DNA of 64,000 nt from positions 32,001 to 96,000 of the forward strand of contig JBBRNJ010000020.1 in NCBI GenBank assembly GCA_038230375.1, written 5' to 3'. The stretch is from Polyangiales bacterium (GTDB lineage: Bacteria > Myxococcota_A > Polyangia > Polyangiales > Polyangiaceae). Below the pieces are notes generated by a model. That model was not told the DNA's origin. It did no database searches and worked only from the letters and a program-made list of their open reading frames with translations. This document shows positions 13,203 through 23,186 of the stretch, piece by piece (position 1 is the stretch's first letter; every line of letters begins with the position of its first letter). A program made the position numbers and the translations under genes.

Positions 13203-14156
13203 TCAGACGAAGCGCACCGGTACGCCCAGCTCGTTCGCCTCTCGCGCGACGGTGGAGAGCCCCTCGGCCCTGGACGCGATGACGAGCTCATCCGAGGCCG
13301 CCATCCACAGCGCGGCCTCCGCGCGCGTGGTCTTCCCGACGAAGGTGGCGGAGACGCCGCGCACGCGTGCGTAGTGCTCCAGGAAACGGCGCTCGGGTCC
13401 ATCCCCCACGACCACCACGTGTGTGCGAGGCCCGCATGCATGGGCGTAGTCGAGCGCGCGGTCGACGCTCTTGCCCTTGGTGAGGCGGCCCACGACGGAG
13501 ACCACTGTCTCCGCCTTCATCGCGCTCCGACGCGCACGCGCGAGCGCCGGGTCGACCGCTGGCATCTCGAAGGGCGATGAGCGCACCTCCGCGATGCGCA
13601 TGACCACGCGCTCATCCGCGATCGAGAGCGCCGACAGCAGAGAATCGCGAAGGCTCTGCGACACGAAGCGCCACGTCGTCATGGCCCGCGCGAGGCGCCT
13701 GACGACGGACGAGCGGACGGCTCGTGGCATGCGCAGCAGCAGCCTGACGTCTGCGCCATGCGAAACGCCGATCACCGGCGTACCGACCGGCTCACCCGCT
13801 CGGGCGATCGGCCAGACCGAAGGCAGCACCCAGTGCGCCACGATCACATCCGCCGGCAAGGTCGCGACGGCGTTGCGTGCATAATACACCCATTCGAGCG
13901 CGCCGCCGATCGCAAGGGGTGAGCGGGCGAGCCGAGCCGCAACGCCGGGCCAGCCGAACGCAGCTCCGCCGTGGAGAGCACACACGACCAGGCCATCGTC
14001 GTCGCGCACGCCGACGCCGGCAGCGCTGGACGCCGGGCAGACGACGGTCACGAGATCGCCGCTCGCAGCGTGTGCCTTCGCTTCGGCTCGGACGAAGTGC
14101 CCCGCCGGATCGTCTGGCCCGTCGGGGTAGCTCGTGGTGACGAACGTGACGCGCAC
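13203..14156 (-). CDS. Glycosyltransferase family 4 (GT-B)
   Basis: GTG start VRVTFVTTSYP; GHFV, AHW, HGADV, VGRL, VGDGPER and EGLSTVAREA motifs. Confidence 0.85.
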   Translation of the reverse strand: MRVTFVTTSYPDGPDDPAGHFVRAEAKAHAASGDLVTVVCPASSAAGVGVRDDDGLVVCALHGGAAFGWPGVAARLARSPLAIGGALEWVYYARNAVATLPADVIVAHWVLPSVWPIARAGEPVGTPVIGVSHGADVRLLLRMPRAVRSSVVRRLARAMTTWRFVSQSLRDSLLSALSIADERVVMRIAEVRSSPFEMPAVDPALARARRSAMKAETVVSVVGRLTKGKSVDRALDYAHACGPRTHVVVVGDGPERRFLEHYARVRGVSATFVGKTTRAEAALWMAASDELVIASRAEGLSTVAREANELGVPVRFV

Positions 14157-14328
14157 GCGCGAGTCGATAGCATCCCCCGAGGTCGCGTGTCTCTCGCCGA
14201 TGACGGGGGGTACAGCACCATGGATCACGAAGATCCGCGCCCACGCCCTCCTACATGCGCGCCACAGCGGAAATATCCGCGCAATTGGTTGACCCTCGGG
14301 TGGCGTGGATCTTGTTTCAAGGGTGGGC

Positions 14329-15399
14329 ATGCGACGTCTTGAGCCAGGTCCTGTGGTCGTGTTGGGTGTGCCCCGAGTCAGGGCAGCTCGACCGGTTGCG
14401 CAGCAGATCGTGGCGCCGCCCTCGGTGCCGAACCAGGAGACCGAGATCAGCGTCGACGTCGAACTGCAGTCAGAGCCCATCCGTACTCCCCTTCGTGCCG
14501 CTGCTCCGCGGTCGGGGTCGGTGTCCATGTACCTGCCCAAGTCGGCGCCCGCGATCGCACCGTCCTCCGCCCCGGTCTCCGTGCGCATCTCGTCCTCCCC
14601 GGTGCGCCCGTCGACAGCGCGACGCATGTCGGCGCCCACCATGCGCGTCTCGGCCGCTCCGTCGCGCTCGCACCATGCGACTCCGCTGTCAGCGTTCGCG
14701 CTCACGCCGGCGGAGGGCGTGGCACTCCCGCCCCGCGACGCGGAGCAGGTCGATGCGATCGCGTGGCTCGCACGCACGGCGCGCAGCATTCCCACGCGCG
14801 TGGCCGAACATCTCGTGACGTTCGGTGTGGCGATGTTCTCGTTCGCGTTCCTGGCTGCGGTGATCGCGACGTTCGGTGGGAGCGACGTGCTGCCCCAGCG
14901 AGCAGCAGCCGCGACCGAGGAACCGCGTGCAGGATACACCCGACCGTTCGTCGAGAAGCTGTCGACGGGTGCCATGCCGCAGGCCGAGAGCGGGCTGATG
15001 GCAGCGCCGCAGCCGCTCCAGATGATGCAGGTGAAGTCTTCGTCGCGGACCAGTCACGCGGCCGCACCGGCCGTCGCGATCGCCGCCCCCGAAGCCGCAC
15101 GTCGCGCGCCCGTACTGCCGCCCGCTGGGGCCGACATTCCGATGGAGCGCGAGCCCGTTCGCGCAGTGGTCACGACCGCAGCCCCTCCCGTCGCTGCACC
15201 GCAGCCCGCGGCGCCTGCCACGAAACCGCCGCCCGCAGCGCCTGCCGCGAGGTCGCTGACAGCGACCCGGCCTTCGACTCCGCGCACTGCAGCGGCGCCG
15301 TCGGAGCCGCGCGCGCACAAGGATCCCTCCGAGTCGGGGCTGGCGCAGCGCGCGCTCGACGAAGCACGGCACGAAGACACGAGCCTTGGCGGCCACTGA
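14329..15399 (+). CDS. Pro/Ala-rich single-pass membrane hypothetical protein
   Basis: Low-complexity ORF with one TM segment (VAMFSFAFLAAVIATF); start uncertain. Confidence 0.55.
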   Translation: MRRLEPGPVVVLGVPRVRAARPVAQQIVAPPSVPNQETEISVDVELQSEPIRTPLRAAAPRSGSVSMYLPKSAPAIAPSSAPVSVRISSSPVRPSTARRMSAPTMRVSAAPSRSHHATPLSAFALTPAEGVALPPRDAEQVDAIAWLARTARSIPTRVAEHLVTFGVAMFSFAFLAAVIATFGGSDVLPQRAAAATEEPRAGYTRPFVEKLSTGAMPQAESGLMAAPQPLQMMQVKSSSRTSHAAAPAVAIAAPEAARRAPVLPPAGADIPMEREPVRAVVTTAAPPVAAPQPAAPATKPPPAAPAARSLTATRPSTPRTAAAPSEPRAHKDPSESGLAQRALDEARHEDTSLGGH

Positions 15400-15446
15400 T
15401 CACGCTCGCACTGGCGAAGCCACCATGGATCGGGCAGGATACCCGT

Positions 15447-16046
15447 ATGCTTGGTGTTCGCTCTTTTGCTTGGTCCACGCTCGCGCTTGCTTCCACCCTG
15501 GCCGCTGCTCTCGCGGCGTGCGGCGGAGGCTCCACCACCGGCATTGGCCCCGACCCCGACGGAGGCACCGACGCGAGCGCAACGGATGACGGTGGTAGTG
15601 AAGGCGGCGGCGGCACTGTATGCACCAGCGGCAAGACGTGGACGCGCGGCACCATCGGCAGCGAGCTCATGCGCCCTGGTGACACGTGCATCACGTGCCA
15701 CAAGAGCTCCAACGGCGCGCCCGAGTTCCTGATCGCCGGCACCGTGTACCCCACGCGCCACGAGCCGCTGCTCTGCAACGGGCTCACGGGCATCACCGTC
15801 ACCATCACGGACGCGAAGGGCGCGCAGACGATCCTCAAGTCGAACTCGGTCGGCAACTTCGCGTGCGGACCGGTGGCACGAAGCGGATTCCCGATGTGCA
15901 ATCCCACGTTCCCGGTATCCGCGCGCGTCGATGGTCCGGGCGGGAAGACTGCATCCATGATCGATCCGCAGATGACGGGCGATTGCAACACGTGCCACAC
16001 CGAGGCCGGCCTGAACAACGCGCCCGGCCGCATCTCTGCGCAGTAG
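15447..16046 (+). CDS. Diheme c-type cytochrome lipoprotein
   Basis: Lipobox LAAC; CITCH and CNTCH heme-binding motifs. Confidence 0.8.
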   Translation: MLGVRSFAWSTLALASTLAAALAACGGGSTTGIGPDPDGGTDASATDDGGSEGGGGTVCTSGKTWTRGTIGSELMRPGDTCITCHKSSNGAPEFLIAGTVYPTRHEPLLCNGLTGITVTITDAKGAQTILKSNSVGNFACGPVARSGFPMCNPTFPVSARVDGPGGKTASMIDPQMTGDCNTCHTEAGLNNAPGRISAQ

Positions 16047-16076
16047 CTACCCCGAGCCTCACGGGCCTTGCGACTC

Positions 16077-17090
16077 TCACGCAACGTGGACGATCTTCCC
16101 TTCGAGGCCGCCACGCTCCAGGAGCTCGTTCGCCTCGCGCGCGGCAAGGAGCGGCAGTCGCTTCGCGATCCTTGGCGACAGCTTCTTCGCCTGGAGCAGC
16201 GCGACGAGCGTGGGGAGATCTTCGCGGAACGGCGCCTTGTCCGCGCGATATAGCCTGGTGATGCCATAGAAGGCGCCGCGACGTCCGGCGAGCCGCGAGC
16301 CCACGAAGAGCGAGAGCATGCCGGAGAGGGTCCGGAGCAGACTTGGTGTTCCGTCCTTGCCGGCCGTCGCGGAGAAGCCATAGCCAACGACCAGGCCGCC
16401 GCGCTTCGTCGCGCGCACGCACTGACCAAGGTATGCGCCCCCGAGCCCGTCGAACGCCACGTCCACGCCCTGGGCCAGGACTTCATGCAGCGCGACGTCG
16501 ACCGGGACCTTGCGGCTCTCGATCGGGATGGCCCCCAACGAGCGCACATACCCGTGACGTGTCGACGAAGCTGCACCGTAGACGGTCACCCCGGCGAGCA
16601 GGAGGAGCTCGATCATCGCGCTGCCAACGCCACCGCTCGCGCCCGTGACCAGCGCGGTCTGCCCGGCCTTGATCCGCGCCGTGCGGTGGATGGCCTGGTA
16701 CGCGGTCACGTAGTTCAAGATGAGCGCGACCACTGCGTCGTCGGACGGCCCCTCGGGGATCTCCACGAAGTCTTCGGCTGCGCGCGTGAGCTTCTCGGCG
16801 TAGCCACCGAACACGGTCAGTGCTGCAACACGCTGCCCCTCGCGAAGCTGGGTGACGTTCGCGCCGACCTTCTCCACGCGTCCGACGATCTCGTAGCCGG
16901 GCACGAACGGGAGCTTCGGCGCGTACGGGTAGTAGCCGCGACGCATGGTCAGGTCGGTGCCGCCTGCGCCCACTGCGGACACGGCAACGCGGACCTCGTC
17001 TGGCCCGGGCTCCATCAAGGGCAGCTCCATCTCGCGGAGAACCTCGGGACCACCCTTCTTCGTCAGCATCACGGCTCGGTACGTTTCCAT
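16077..17090 (-). CDS. Medium-chain dehydrogenase/reductase (quinone oxidoreductase-like)
   Basis: GGPEVL, VPGYEIVG and TGASGGVG NAD(P)H-binding motifs; C-terminal GKIV. Confidence 0.9.
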   Translation of the reverse strand: METYRAVMLTKKGGPEVLREMELPLMEPGPDEVRVAVSAVGAGGTDLTMRRGYYPYAPKLPFVPGYEIVGRVEKVGANVTQLREGQRVAALTVFGGYAEKLTRAAEDFVEIPEGPSDDAVVALILNYVTAYQAIHRTARIKAGQTALVTGASGGVGSAMIELLLLAGVTVYGAASSTRHGYVRSLGAIPIESRKVPVDVALHEVLAQGVDVAFDGLGGAYLGQCVRATKRGGLVVGYGFSATAGKDGTPSLLRTLSGMLSLFVGSRLAGRRGAFYGITRLYRADKAPFREDLPTLVALLQAKKLSPRIAKRLPLLAAREANELLERGGLEGKIVHVA

Positions 17091-17127
17091 GAGGTCACAG
17101 TGCATCCGTGCCTCCGTGTTCGGAAGA

Positions 17128-17140
17128 TGCGTTCATGCAA
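17128..17140. promoter_or_regulatory. Putative LysR T-N11-A box
   Basis: TGCGTTCATGCAA, with a TGC..GCA dyad, between the divergent MDR and LysR genes. Confidence 0.4.
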
Positions 17141-17209
17141 CGAACCATTGCGCCATTGCGCACATCGGCGAACACCCCTAGAATTCCTGCGTATCGAAGG
17201 GAGCGACGC

Positions 17210-18106
17210 TTGCACTGGGACGACGTTCGCGTGTTCCTCGCCGTGTGCGAGAAGAAGAGCCTTGCCATCGGCGCGAAGGACGCTGGGCTGGATCGCTCCA
17301 CGGCGAGCCGCCGCATCGCGGCACTGGAGACGGCGCTTGGCTCGCGTCTCTTCCTGCGCACGCGTGATGGGCTGCGGCCTTCGCCTGCGGGACTCCGCCT
17401 CCAGGTGCACGCGCAGCGCATGGCGGACGAAGCGCGCGCCTTCCGTGCGTCCGCGGAGGACACGAGCAGCGTGGTCGGTCGCGTACGCGTGGCGACAACG
17501 GAGTCCATCGCGGCGATGCTGGTGCGCGAAGGGCTCTTGCGCCTTCGCGAGCGTCACCCGCGGCTGGAGCTCGAGCTCTTGGGTGGTAACCGGGTGCTCG
17601 ATCTCGCGCGCGGCGAGGCCGACCTGGGGCTCCGCGTGGTGAAGGTCGCCGAGCCCAGCCTCAAGGTTCGTCGCGTGGCGAAGCTCCCGTTCGCGCTGTT
17701 CGCGAGCGAGGCGTACGTGCGACAACGCGGCCGTCCGCGAACCGATGCGGAGCTCGCCGGTCACGACGTGATCACGATGGCCGCGGAGCTGGCGAACCTT
17801 CCAGAGTCGCGCTGGCTGGAGGCGCGCCCAGGAGTGCATGTTGTGCTTCGAACCAGCAGTATGACCGCGATGCTCACCGCCATTCTGGACGGGTTTGGCG
17901 TGGGCGCCGTGACCGGGCCGTGGGGGGAGCGCGAGCTCTCACTCTGCAAGCTGATGGACCTTCCGCACATCCCGGCGCGTCCCCTGTTCCTGGTGATGCA
18001 TCCAGACGCCGCGTCGCGACCAGCTGTACGGGCAGTGGCCGACGCGATCACCGCGATCTTCGCGAATGGCGGGACCACGCGGGTGCGAGCCTCTGCGCTG
18101 CGGTAG
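17210..18106 (+). CDS. LysR-family transcriptional regulator
   Basis: TTG start after a GAAGGGAG RBS; WDDVRVFLAV..STASRRIAALE..LFLR HTH; DLARGEADLGLR. Confidence 0.93.
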   Translation: MHWDDVRVFLAVCEKKSLAIGAKDAGLDRSTASRRIAALETALGSRLFLRTRDGLRPSPAGLRLQVHAQRMADEARAFRASAEDTSSVVGRVRVATTESIAAMLVREGLLRLRERHPRLELELLGGNRVLDLARGEADLGLRVVKVAEPSLKVRRVAKLPFALFASEAYVRQRGRPRTDAELAGHDVITMAAELANLPESRWLEARPGVHVVLRTSSMTAMLTAILDGFGVGAVTGPWGERELSLCKLMDLPHIPARPLFLVMHPDAASRPAVRAVADAITAIFANGGTTRVRASALR

Positions 18107-18192
18107 CCGCGGGCAGACCACTCAGGGCCCACTTGCGACCGCTCGTCGCATGCCACCTTGTCCCACGCCGCGCTGGACCTCACGCCAAGGAC

Positions 18193-19092
18193 ATGAGGAC
18201 CTACGAAGCGCTCTCGTACCGCGACAACGAGGTTGGCCTCCGTGTCTATCGCGACGGACTGCTCCAGGCGCGCATAGAGGAGATCACGTCGCTGCCGCCG
18301 GTGCTCACGCGCGTCTACGTCCGACGTGTCTCTCGCATCGCTGCGGGAGGCGCGGCGACGCTCGGCTTCGGCGCGATGGCGCTGGCCGCACTGGTGGGCA
18401 ACGGATTCAAGGCCGCGTTCGACCTGTCGCTCTTCAGCGCGCCGCTCACGCTCATGCTGCTGCTCACGCTTGCAGCGGTCCCGGTCGTCGCCCTGATCGC
18501 GCGGACTGGCGCGCAGGTGAAGTTGCTCTCGCTCGTGCGCCGCGATCTGCGAAGGACGAATGACACCCGCGCGGACGTGGAGCGGCTCGAGCGGTCTGCC
18601 GCGATGATCGTGGCGGAGCATGCAGATGCCCTGGAGACGCGAAGCGTGGCCGCGCCGCTCGTGGGGTGGGCGCTCCTGGCGCCGCTGACGCTGCATTTCG
18701 TGGTGTATGCGTTCATGGAGAACAGTCACTCGTTCGAGCGCACGGTCGAGGACTACGACTGGTGGATCTGCGCCAGCCTGCTGCTCACCGGCGTAGGCCA
18801 CGTCACGCTGGCGGCGCTCGGCGTCCGCTTCGCGCAGCGGCTCCGCGCGTCCTTCAGCACGGGAGACGGCCGTTCGCCGTCCGTCTGGGCTCCGCTCATG
18901 TGGACCATTCTCGCGGGCTGCGTGCCAGGCGTCATCCTCTACCTGGTGCCGCCGGTGCTGGTAGCGGCCACCGGCCTTGTCTTCATCCCGGCCACGTTCG
19001 CGGCGATGCGAGCACGCGTGCACGGCGAGCGCGGCGCCATCGAGGCATGCACCGCCGAAGCACCTGCGGCGATCAGCCTGGAGACTGCGTGA
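18193..19092 (+). CDS. Multi-pass membrane hypothetical protein
   Basis: AAGGA RBS before MRTYE; about six hydrophobic segments. Confidence 0.7.
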   Translation: MRTYEALSYRDNEVGLRVYRDGLLQARIEEITSLPPVLTRVYVRRVSRIAAGGAATLGFGAMALAALVGNGFKAAFDLSLFSAPLTLMLLLTLAAVPVVALIARTGAQVKLLSLVRRDLRRTNDTRADVERLERSAAMIVAEHADALETRSVAAPLVGWALLAPLTLHFVVYAFMENSHSFERTVEDYDWWICASLLLTGVGHVTLAALGVRFAQRLRASFSTGDGRSPSVWAPLMWTILAGCVPGVILYLVPPVLVAATGLVFIPATFAAMRARVHGERGAIEACTAEAPAAISLETA

Positions 19093-19924
19093 GCTCTTCG
19101 CTCTTCTTCCAGAGCTTCTTTGCGACGCCCGCGTCGCGCGCGAGCTCCGTGGGCTCCGTGAGTCGATTGTTCAGGTAGTAGCCGCCGGTCTTCCCCTCCA
19201 CCTCGTCGCTCTCGGCCAGGTACACCAGACGATCACCGCCCTCTTCCGGCGTGTCCATGAAGAGCTTCGCGATCGCGATGAGCGGCTTTCCGTACCACGG
19301 CGCGCCGGTCCAGATGTTGGTGGCCACTCCGCCGGGGTGCAGCGCATTGACGGTGACGCCCTTGTCCTTCAGGCGCTCCGCGAGCTCGCGCGTGAACATG
19401 ATGTTGCCGAGCTTGGAGCGCCCGTAGGCCTTCATGATGGAATAGTCCTTCTCCATCATGAGGTCGTCAAAGTCCATGCCGCCACGCTTGTGGCCCACGC
19501 TGGACACATTGACGATGCGCGCGGGCGCCGACGCGACGATGACGTCGAGCAGGAGCGTGGTGAGCAGGAAGTAGCCCAGGTGGTTCACGGCGAACGTGAG
19601 CTCGTAGCCGTCCTTCGAGAGCCTGCGCGTGTCGCTCACGAGGCCCGCGTTGTTGATCAGCACGTGCAGCTTCTTGTGCTTTGCCTTGAACTCGACGGCG
19701 AGCTTCCGGATCTGCGCGAGCTCCTCGAAATCGCACAGGAGCCCGCTCACAAGGTCGGTCTTGCCGCGCTCCTTCACCTGCGCGATGGACGCGTCCAGCC
19801 GCGCCTGGTTGCGCCCGACAAGCACGAGCTCCGCGCCCATGCCTGCGAGCTTCACGGATGCCTCGAGGCCGATCCCAGACGTCGCGCCCGTTACGAGGAT
19901 GGTCTTGCCTGCGAGCTTTCCCAT
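19073..19924 (-). CDS. Short-chain dehydrogenase/reductase (retinol-dehydrogenase-like)
   Basis: TGATSGIG, INNAG, VNHLGYFLLT, YGRSK catalytic motif and LHPG. Confidence 0.93.
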   Translation of the reverse strand: MGKLAGKTILVTGATSGIGLEASVKLAGMGAELVLVGRNQARLDASIAQVKERGKTDLVSGLLCDFEELAQIRKLAVEFKAKHKKLHVLINNAGLVSDTRRLSKDGYELTFAVNHLGYFLLTTLLLDVIVASAPARIVNVSSVGHKRGGMDFDDLMMEKDYSIMKAYGRSKLGNIMFTRELAERLKDKGVTVNALHPGGVATNIWTGAPWYGKPLIAIAKLFMDTPEEGGDRLVYLAESDEVEGKTGGYYLNNRLTEPTELARDAGVAKKLWKKSEELTQSPG

Positions 19925-19961
19925 GGGCGGAGCATACGCAAAGGTGTAGAGAGAAGGCAGA

Positions 19962-21026
19962 ATGGAGAATGACGTCCGCGCGCGATTTTCCGAGTTCATG
20001 GTCAAGCGGCTGTCGTCGGCCCGCGCGAAGGCGGAGTGGCGGGCAGAGCTCGAGAATGGCTACCGCGTGGTGCTCGGGCAGAAGCTCGGCACGTTCGTCG
20101 ACGAAGCGGCGCTCCTCCGCGCGCTGGAGTCACTCTCCTCGCGCGACGTGTGGAAAAAGGTGGTCGCACCCACGTTCGTGGCCGGCCGCAAGGACGTGTT
20201 CCCCATCGTGAAGTCGGATGAGAGCACGCTCGCGACCTACGTCCCCGAAGAGGCCAGGAAGGCCATCGACGAGCTGCTCGGCATGCCCGGCTTCGTGCAC
20301 GAGAAGCTGGTCTTCGAGGTGATGCGGCAAGAGGTCGTGGAGGAGATCATGCGCGACGTGCTCACGGACGCGCTGGAGGAGTTCAACGACAAGGTGAACC
20401 CGTTCTTCGCGGACTGGGGCCTGCCGGGGCTCATCAAGAAGTTCATCCCGATCGGCGGCGGCGCGGTCTTGAAGAGCATCGACGCGGTCCGCGGCGAGTA
20501 CGACAAGCGGCTCAAGCCGGAGATCCAGAAGTTCCTGCAAGGCTTCTCGCGGCGCGCGCTCGACAAGACCGCGAAGGTCGTCATCGCCCGCGCGGATGAC
20601 CCCAAGAGCGTGGCGTTGCGGCGGGCGATCGCGACCTGGCTCTGGGATCAGAAGGTGTCGGAGCTCACGGCGAACGTGGACGAGGCGAAGTGGACGCTGA
20701 TGGAGAAGGCGGGGCTCCTCATCGCGCAGGAGACGGCGCAGCAGAAGCGCGTGAAGACGTCACGGGACGAGCTCGTTCGCGCCTTCATGACCAAGTACAG
20801 CGCGCAGACCGTGGCCGAGGTGCTCGCGTCCTACGGCATCGAGCCCACTCCCGACTTCGACGCGATCGCGGAAGCCACGTTCCCCACGGTCGCCACGATC
20901 GCGACTTCGAGCGTCGCAACGTCCTACGTGTCCGGCATCGTCGCGGAGTTCATCGCGGGTGAGGCCCGCGCCTTGGAAGCGGACACCCGCGCCTCTGGAA
21001 CAGAACGGGAGCCCGGCGCATCATGA
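19962..21026 (+). CDS. Helical hypothetical protein
   Basis: 354-aa ORF with typical codon usage and a GAAGG RBS; stop overlaps the next ATG. Confidence 0.75.
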   Translation: MENDVRARFSEFMVKRLSSARAKAEWRAELENGYRVVLGQKLGTFVDEAALLRALESLSSRDVWKKVVAPTFVAGRKDVFPIVKSDESTLATYVPEEARKAIDELLGMPGFVHEKLVFEVMRQEVVEEIMRDVLTDALEEFNDKVNPFFADWGLPGLIKKFIPIGGGAVLKSIDAVRGEYDKRLKPEIQKFLQGFSRRALDKTAKVVIARADDPKSVALRRAIATWLWDQKVSELTANVDEAKWTLMEKAGLLIAQETAQQKRVKTSRDELVRAFMTKYSAQTVAEVLASYGIEPTPDFDAIAEATFPTVATIATSSVATSYVSGIVAEFIAGEARALEADTRASGTEREPGAS

Positions 21027-21583
21027 GCGACCGACGAGTCCGCGGCGCGCTATTTTTGGACTACGTCCGCATGATCCGTGGCCAGAAATCCGTTGCGTGG
21101 GACAACCACCTCACGCCAGAGGACATCGGGATGGTCGCGCAGAAGATCGACCCGGATGGTCTCTACCCCATGGCGGTGTTCGAGCGCCTGGGCAACGCCA
21201 TCCTGCGCGAGATCGGCCACGGCGACATCGAGTCCGTGCGCATGTGGGGCAGGATCTCCGTGGACGCGCTGAGGGCGAAGTACCCGAACCTGGTCGCGGA
21301 GGGCGATCCGGTGGATACGCTGCGCCGGTTCAGCGTGATGCGTGGGACCTTCTTCGACTTCGAGGCAGTGACGGTGCATGCGCTGCACGAGGAGCACGCC
21401 ATCATCGGCATCCAGTACTACATGGGGCCATTCGCGGAGGAGGCCGCGTCGTTTCAGACCATGGGCTTCTTCGAGCGGCTGCTCGAGGTCGGTGGCGCGC
21501 AGGGAGTGAGCGCGAAGTTCACGGCGCGGAGCTGGACCGGGGACGACGGAACGCGACTACAGCTCGACTGGAAGCAGGACTAG
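21023..21583 (+). CDS. Myxobacterial DUF2378/H-NOX-V4R-like small protein
   Basis: VRGALF..YP..GR..GFFERLLEVGGA pattern typical of these families; no search run. Confidence 0.6.
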   Translation: MSDRRVRGALFLDYVRMIRGQKSVAWDNHLTPEDIGMVAQKIDPDGLYPMAVFERLGNAILREIGHGDIESVRMWGRISVDALRAKYPNLVAEGDPVDTLRRFSVMRGTFFDFEAVTVHALHEEHAIIGIQYYMGPFAEEAASFQTMGFFERLLEVGGAQGVSAKFTARSWTGDDGTRLQLDWKQD

Positions 21584-21596
21584 CGGGTCGGAGGGT

Positions 21597-23138
21597 TCAG
21601 TCGGGGGCGCCCCACTGGCGGTCGTAGATCGTGCGGACCAGCGAGTCGATGCCGTCGCGTGCGGCAGCTCCTTTGCCGGCGACATGGTTGCAGAGGATCG
21701 AGAAGGCGATCGGGGATTTGCCCGGTGGGCCAATCACGAAGCCCGAGAGGGCGATCACGTCGTCCAGCGTTCCGGTCTTTGCTCGGATGGCGCGGTGCTG
21801 CGAGCGGTTGCTGAAGCGTTTGTGGAGCGTGCCGTCCACTCCGCCGATCGCCAGCTGCGCCACGTACTCGGGGGCGATGGTGGGATCGCGGTAGACGGTG
21901 CGGAGCAGCGAGACGACCATGTGCGTGGTGAGGCGGTTCGCGTCGTAGAGGCCGGAGCCATTCTTGATGACCACACCCGGCTCCATGAGCCCCTGTTTTT
22001 CAAGCCACTTCGTGATGATCTCCGCGGAGTCGGCGCTCTTTGCTGGTTTGTTGCGCAGCTCTCCGGAGATCGATTTGAAGATCATCTCCGCGTAGAAATT
22101 GTCGCTGTTCTTGCCGACCGAATAGAGCAGCTCGGAGAGCGGCGCGGACTCGTGCGTGACGATGACGTTGTTCACCTTGCTGGTGCCAGCGGTGACATGG
22201 CCGTTCACCTTGATGCCGACCTGCTCGAGCGCATCGCGCAGCGCGAAGCCGGCGAGGAGCGTGGGGTCGTCCACGCGGCGGGTGTAGCGCACTACCTTCG
22301 ACGTGGTGGAGATGGTGCCCGCGACCTTCGCGCTGAGTCGCTGGCCGGAGGGCGCGAGCGCGAGGATCACGTTGTCGGAGCCTGCTTCGGTGGTCTTGAC
22401 GGTGCCGTCGAAGTCCACGAACCCGGGCGGGTCGAAGGAGACCTGCGCGGTGCCGCCGGGCTCGTGCGACGGCTTCACAGTGAGCGTCACCGTGTTCTCG
22501 TTCACGGCGACAGCGCTCACGGGCGCGCGGAACGTGGCCCACTCGCTTGGCTTCTGCTCGAAGGCGGGCGGCACGGGCTGGTCGTCGTGGAACTTCTGAT
22601 CCACCACGATGTCTCCGTCGATGCGGCGGATGCCGTGCGCGCGGAGCTCCAGGGCAAGGCCGTAGAGATCCTCCGTCTCCAGCGACGGATCGCCGTGACC
22701 GCGCAGCAGCAGGTTGCCCGAGACGGCGCCGCTTTTCGTCGTGCCTGAGAGCGTGGTCTGGTAACGATGATCGCCGTGGAGCATCGCGAGCGCGGCGGCA
22801 GCGGTGACGACCTTGGCGTTGGAGGCGGGGTTCAGCGGAGCGTGCTCGGAGTGCGCGGCGAGCACGCGCCCCGTGTCGACCTCCATGATCTCGACGCCGA
22901 TGTCCGCGTCCGCGAGGGAGTGACGACTCACGAAGGCGTCGACGGCGTGCGCGATCTCGGCGTCCATAGCGGGGGCGGGCGCGGCCTGGGCGACCCCAGC
23001 CTGAGGAGCGGCCTGGGCGACGGTGACGGCGGGCGGAACGACGGGGACGACGGGCGGCGGCGTGGCCTCGGAGCGCGCAAGATCGCCGTTGGCGAGGAAC
23101 GCCGACGCCACGAACAATGCTGTCCACCGGCCACGCAT
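21597..23138 (-). CDS. dacB: D-alanyl-D-alanine carboxypeptidase/endopeptidase (PBP4, peptidase S13)
   Basis: PASNAK (SxxK), GDPSL, SDNFYAE (SxN), GSGL and AKTGTL (KTG). Confidence 0.95.
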   Translation of the reverse strand: MRGRWTALFVASAFLANGDLARSEATPPPVVPVVPPAVTVAQAAPQAGVAQAAPAPAMDAEIAHAVDAFVSRHSLADADIGVEIMEVDTGRVLAAHSEHAPLNPASNAKVVTAAAALAMLHGDHRYQTTLSGTTKSGAVSGNLLLRGHGDPSLETEDLYGLALELRAHGIRRIDGDIVVDQKFHDDQPVPPAFEQKPSEWATFRAPVSAVAVNENTVTLTVKPSHEPGGTAQVSFDPPGFVDFDGTVKTTEAGSDNVILALAPSGQRLSAKVAGTISTTSKVVRYTRRVDDPTLLAGFALRDALEQVGIKVNGHVTAGTSKVNNVIVTHESAPLSELLYSVGKNSDNFYAEMIFKSISGELRNKPAKSADSAEIITKWLEKQGLMEPGVVIKNGSGLYDANRLTTHMVVSLLRTVYRDPTIAPEYVAQLAIGGVDGTLHKRFSNRSQHRAIRAKTGTLDDVIALSGFVIGPPGKSPIAFSILCNHVAGKGAAARDGIDSLVRTIYDRQWGAPD

Positions 23139-23186
23139 GCAGAGCCTCTTACTAGGGCTTCCGGAAAAGCGAAATGGTGGGCGGCC

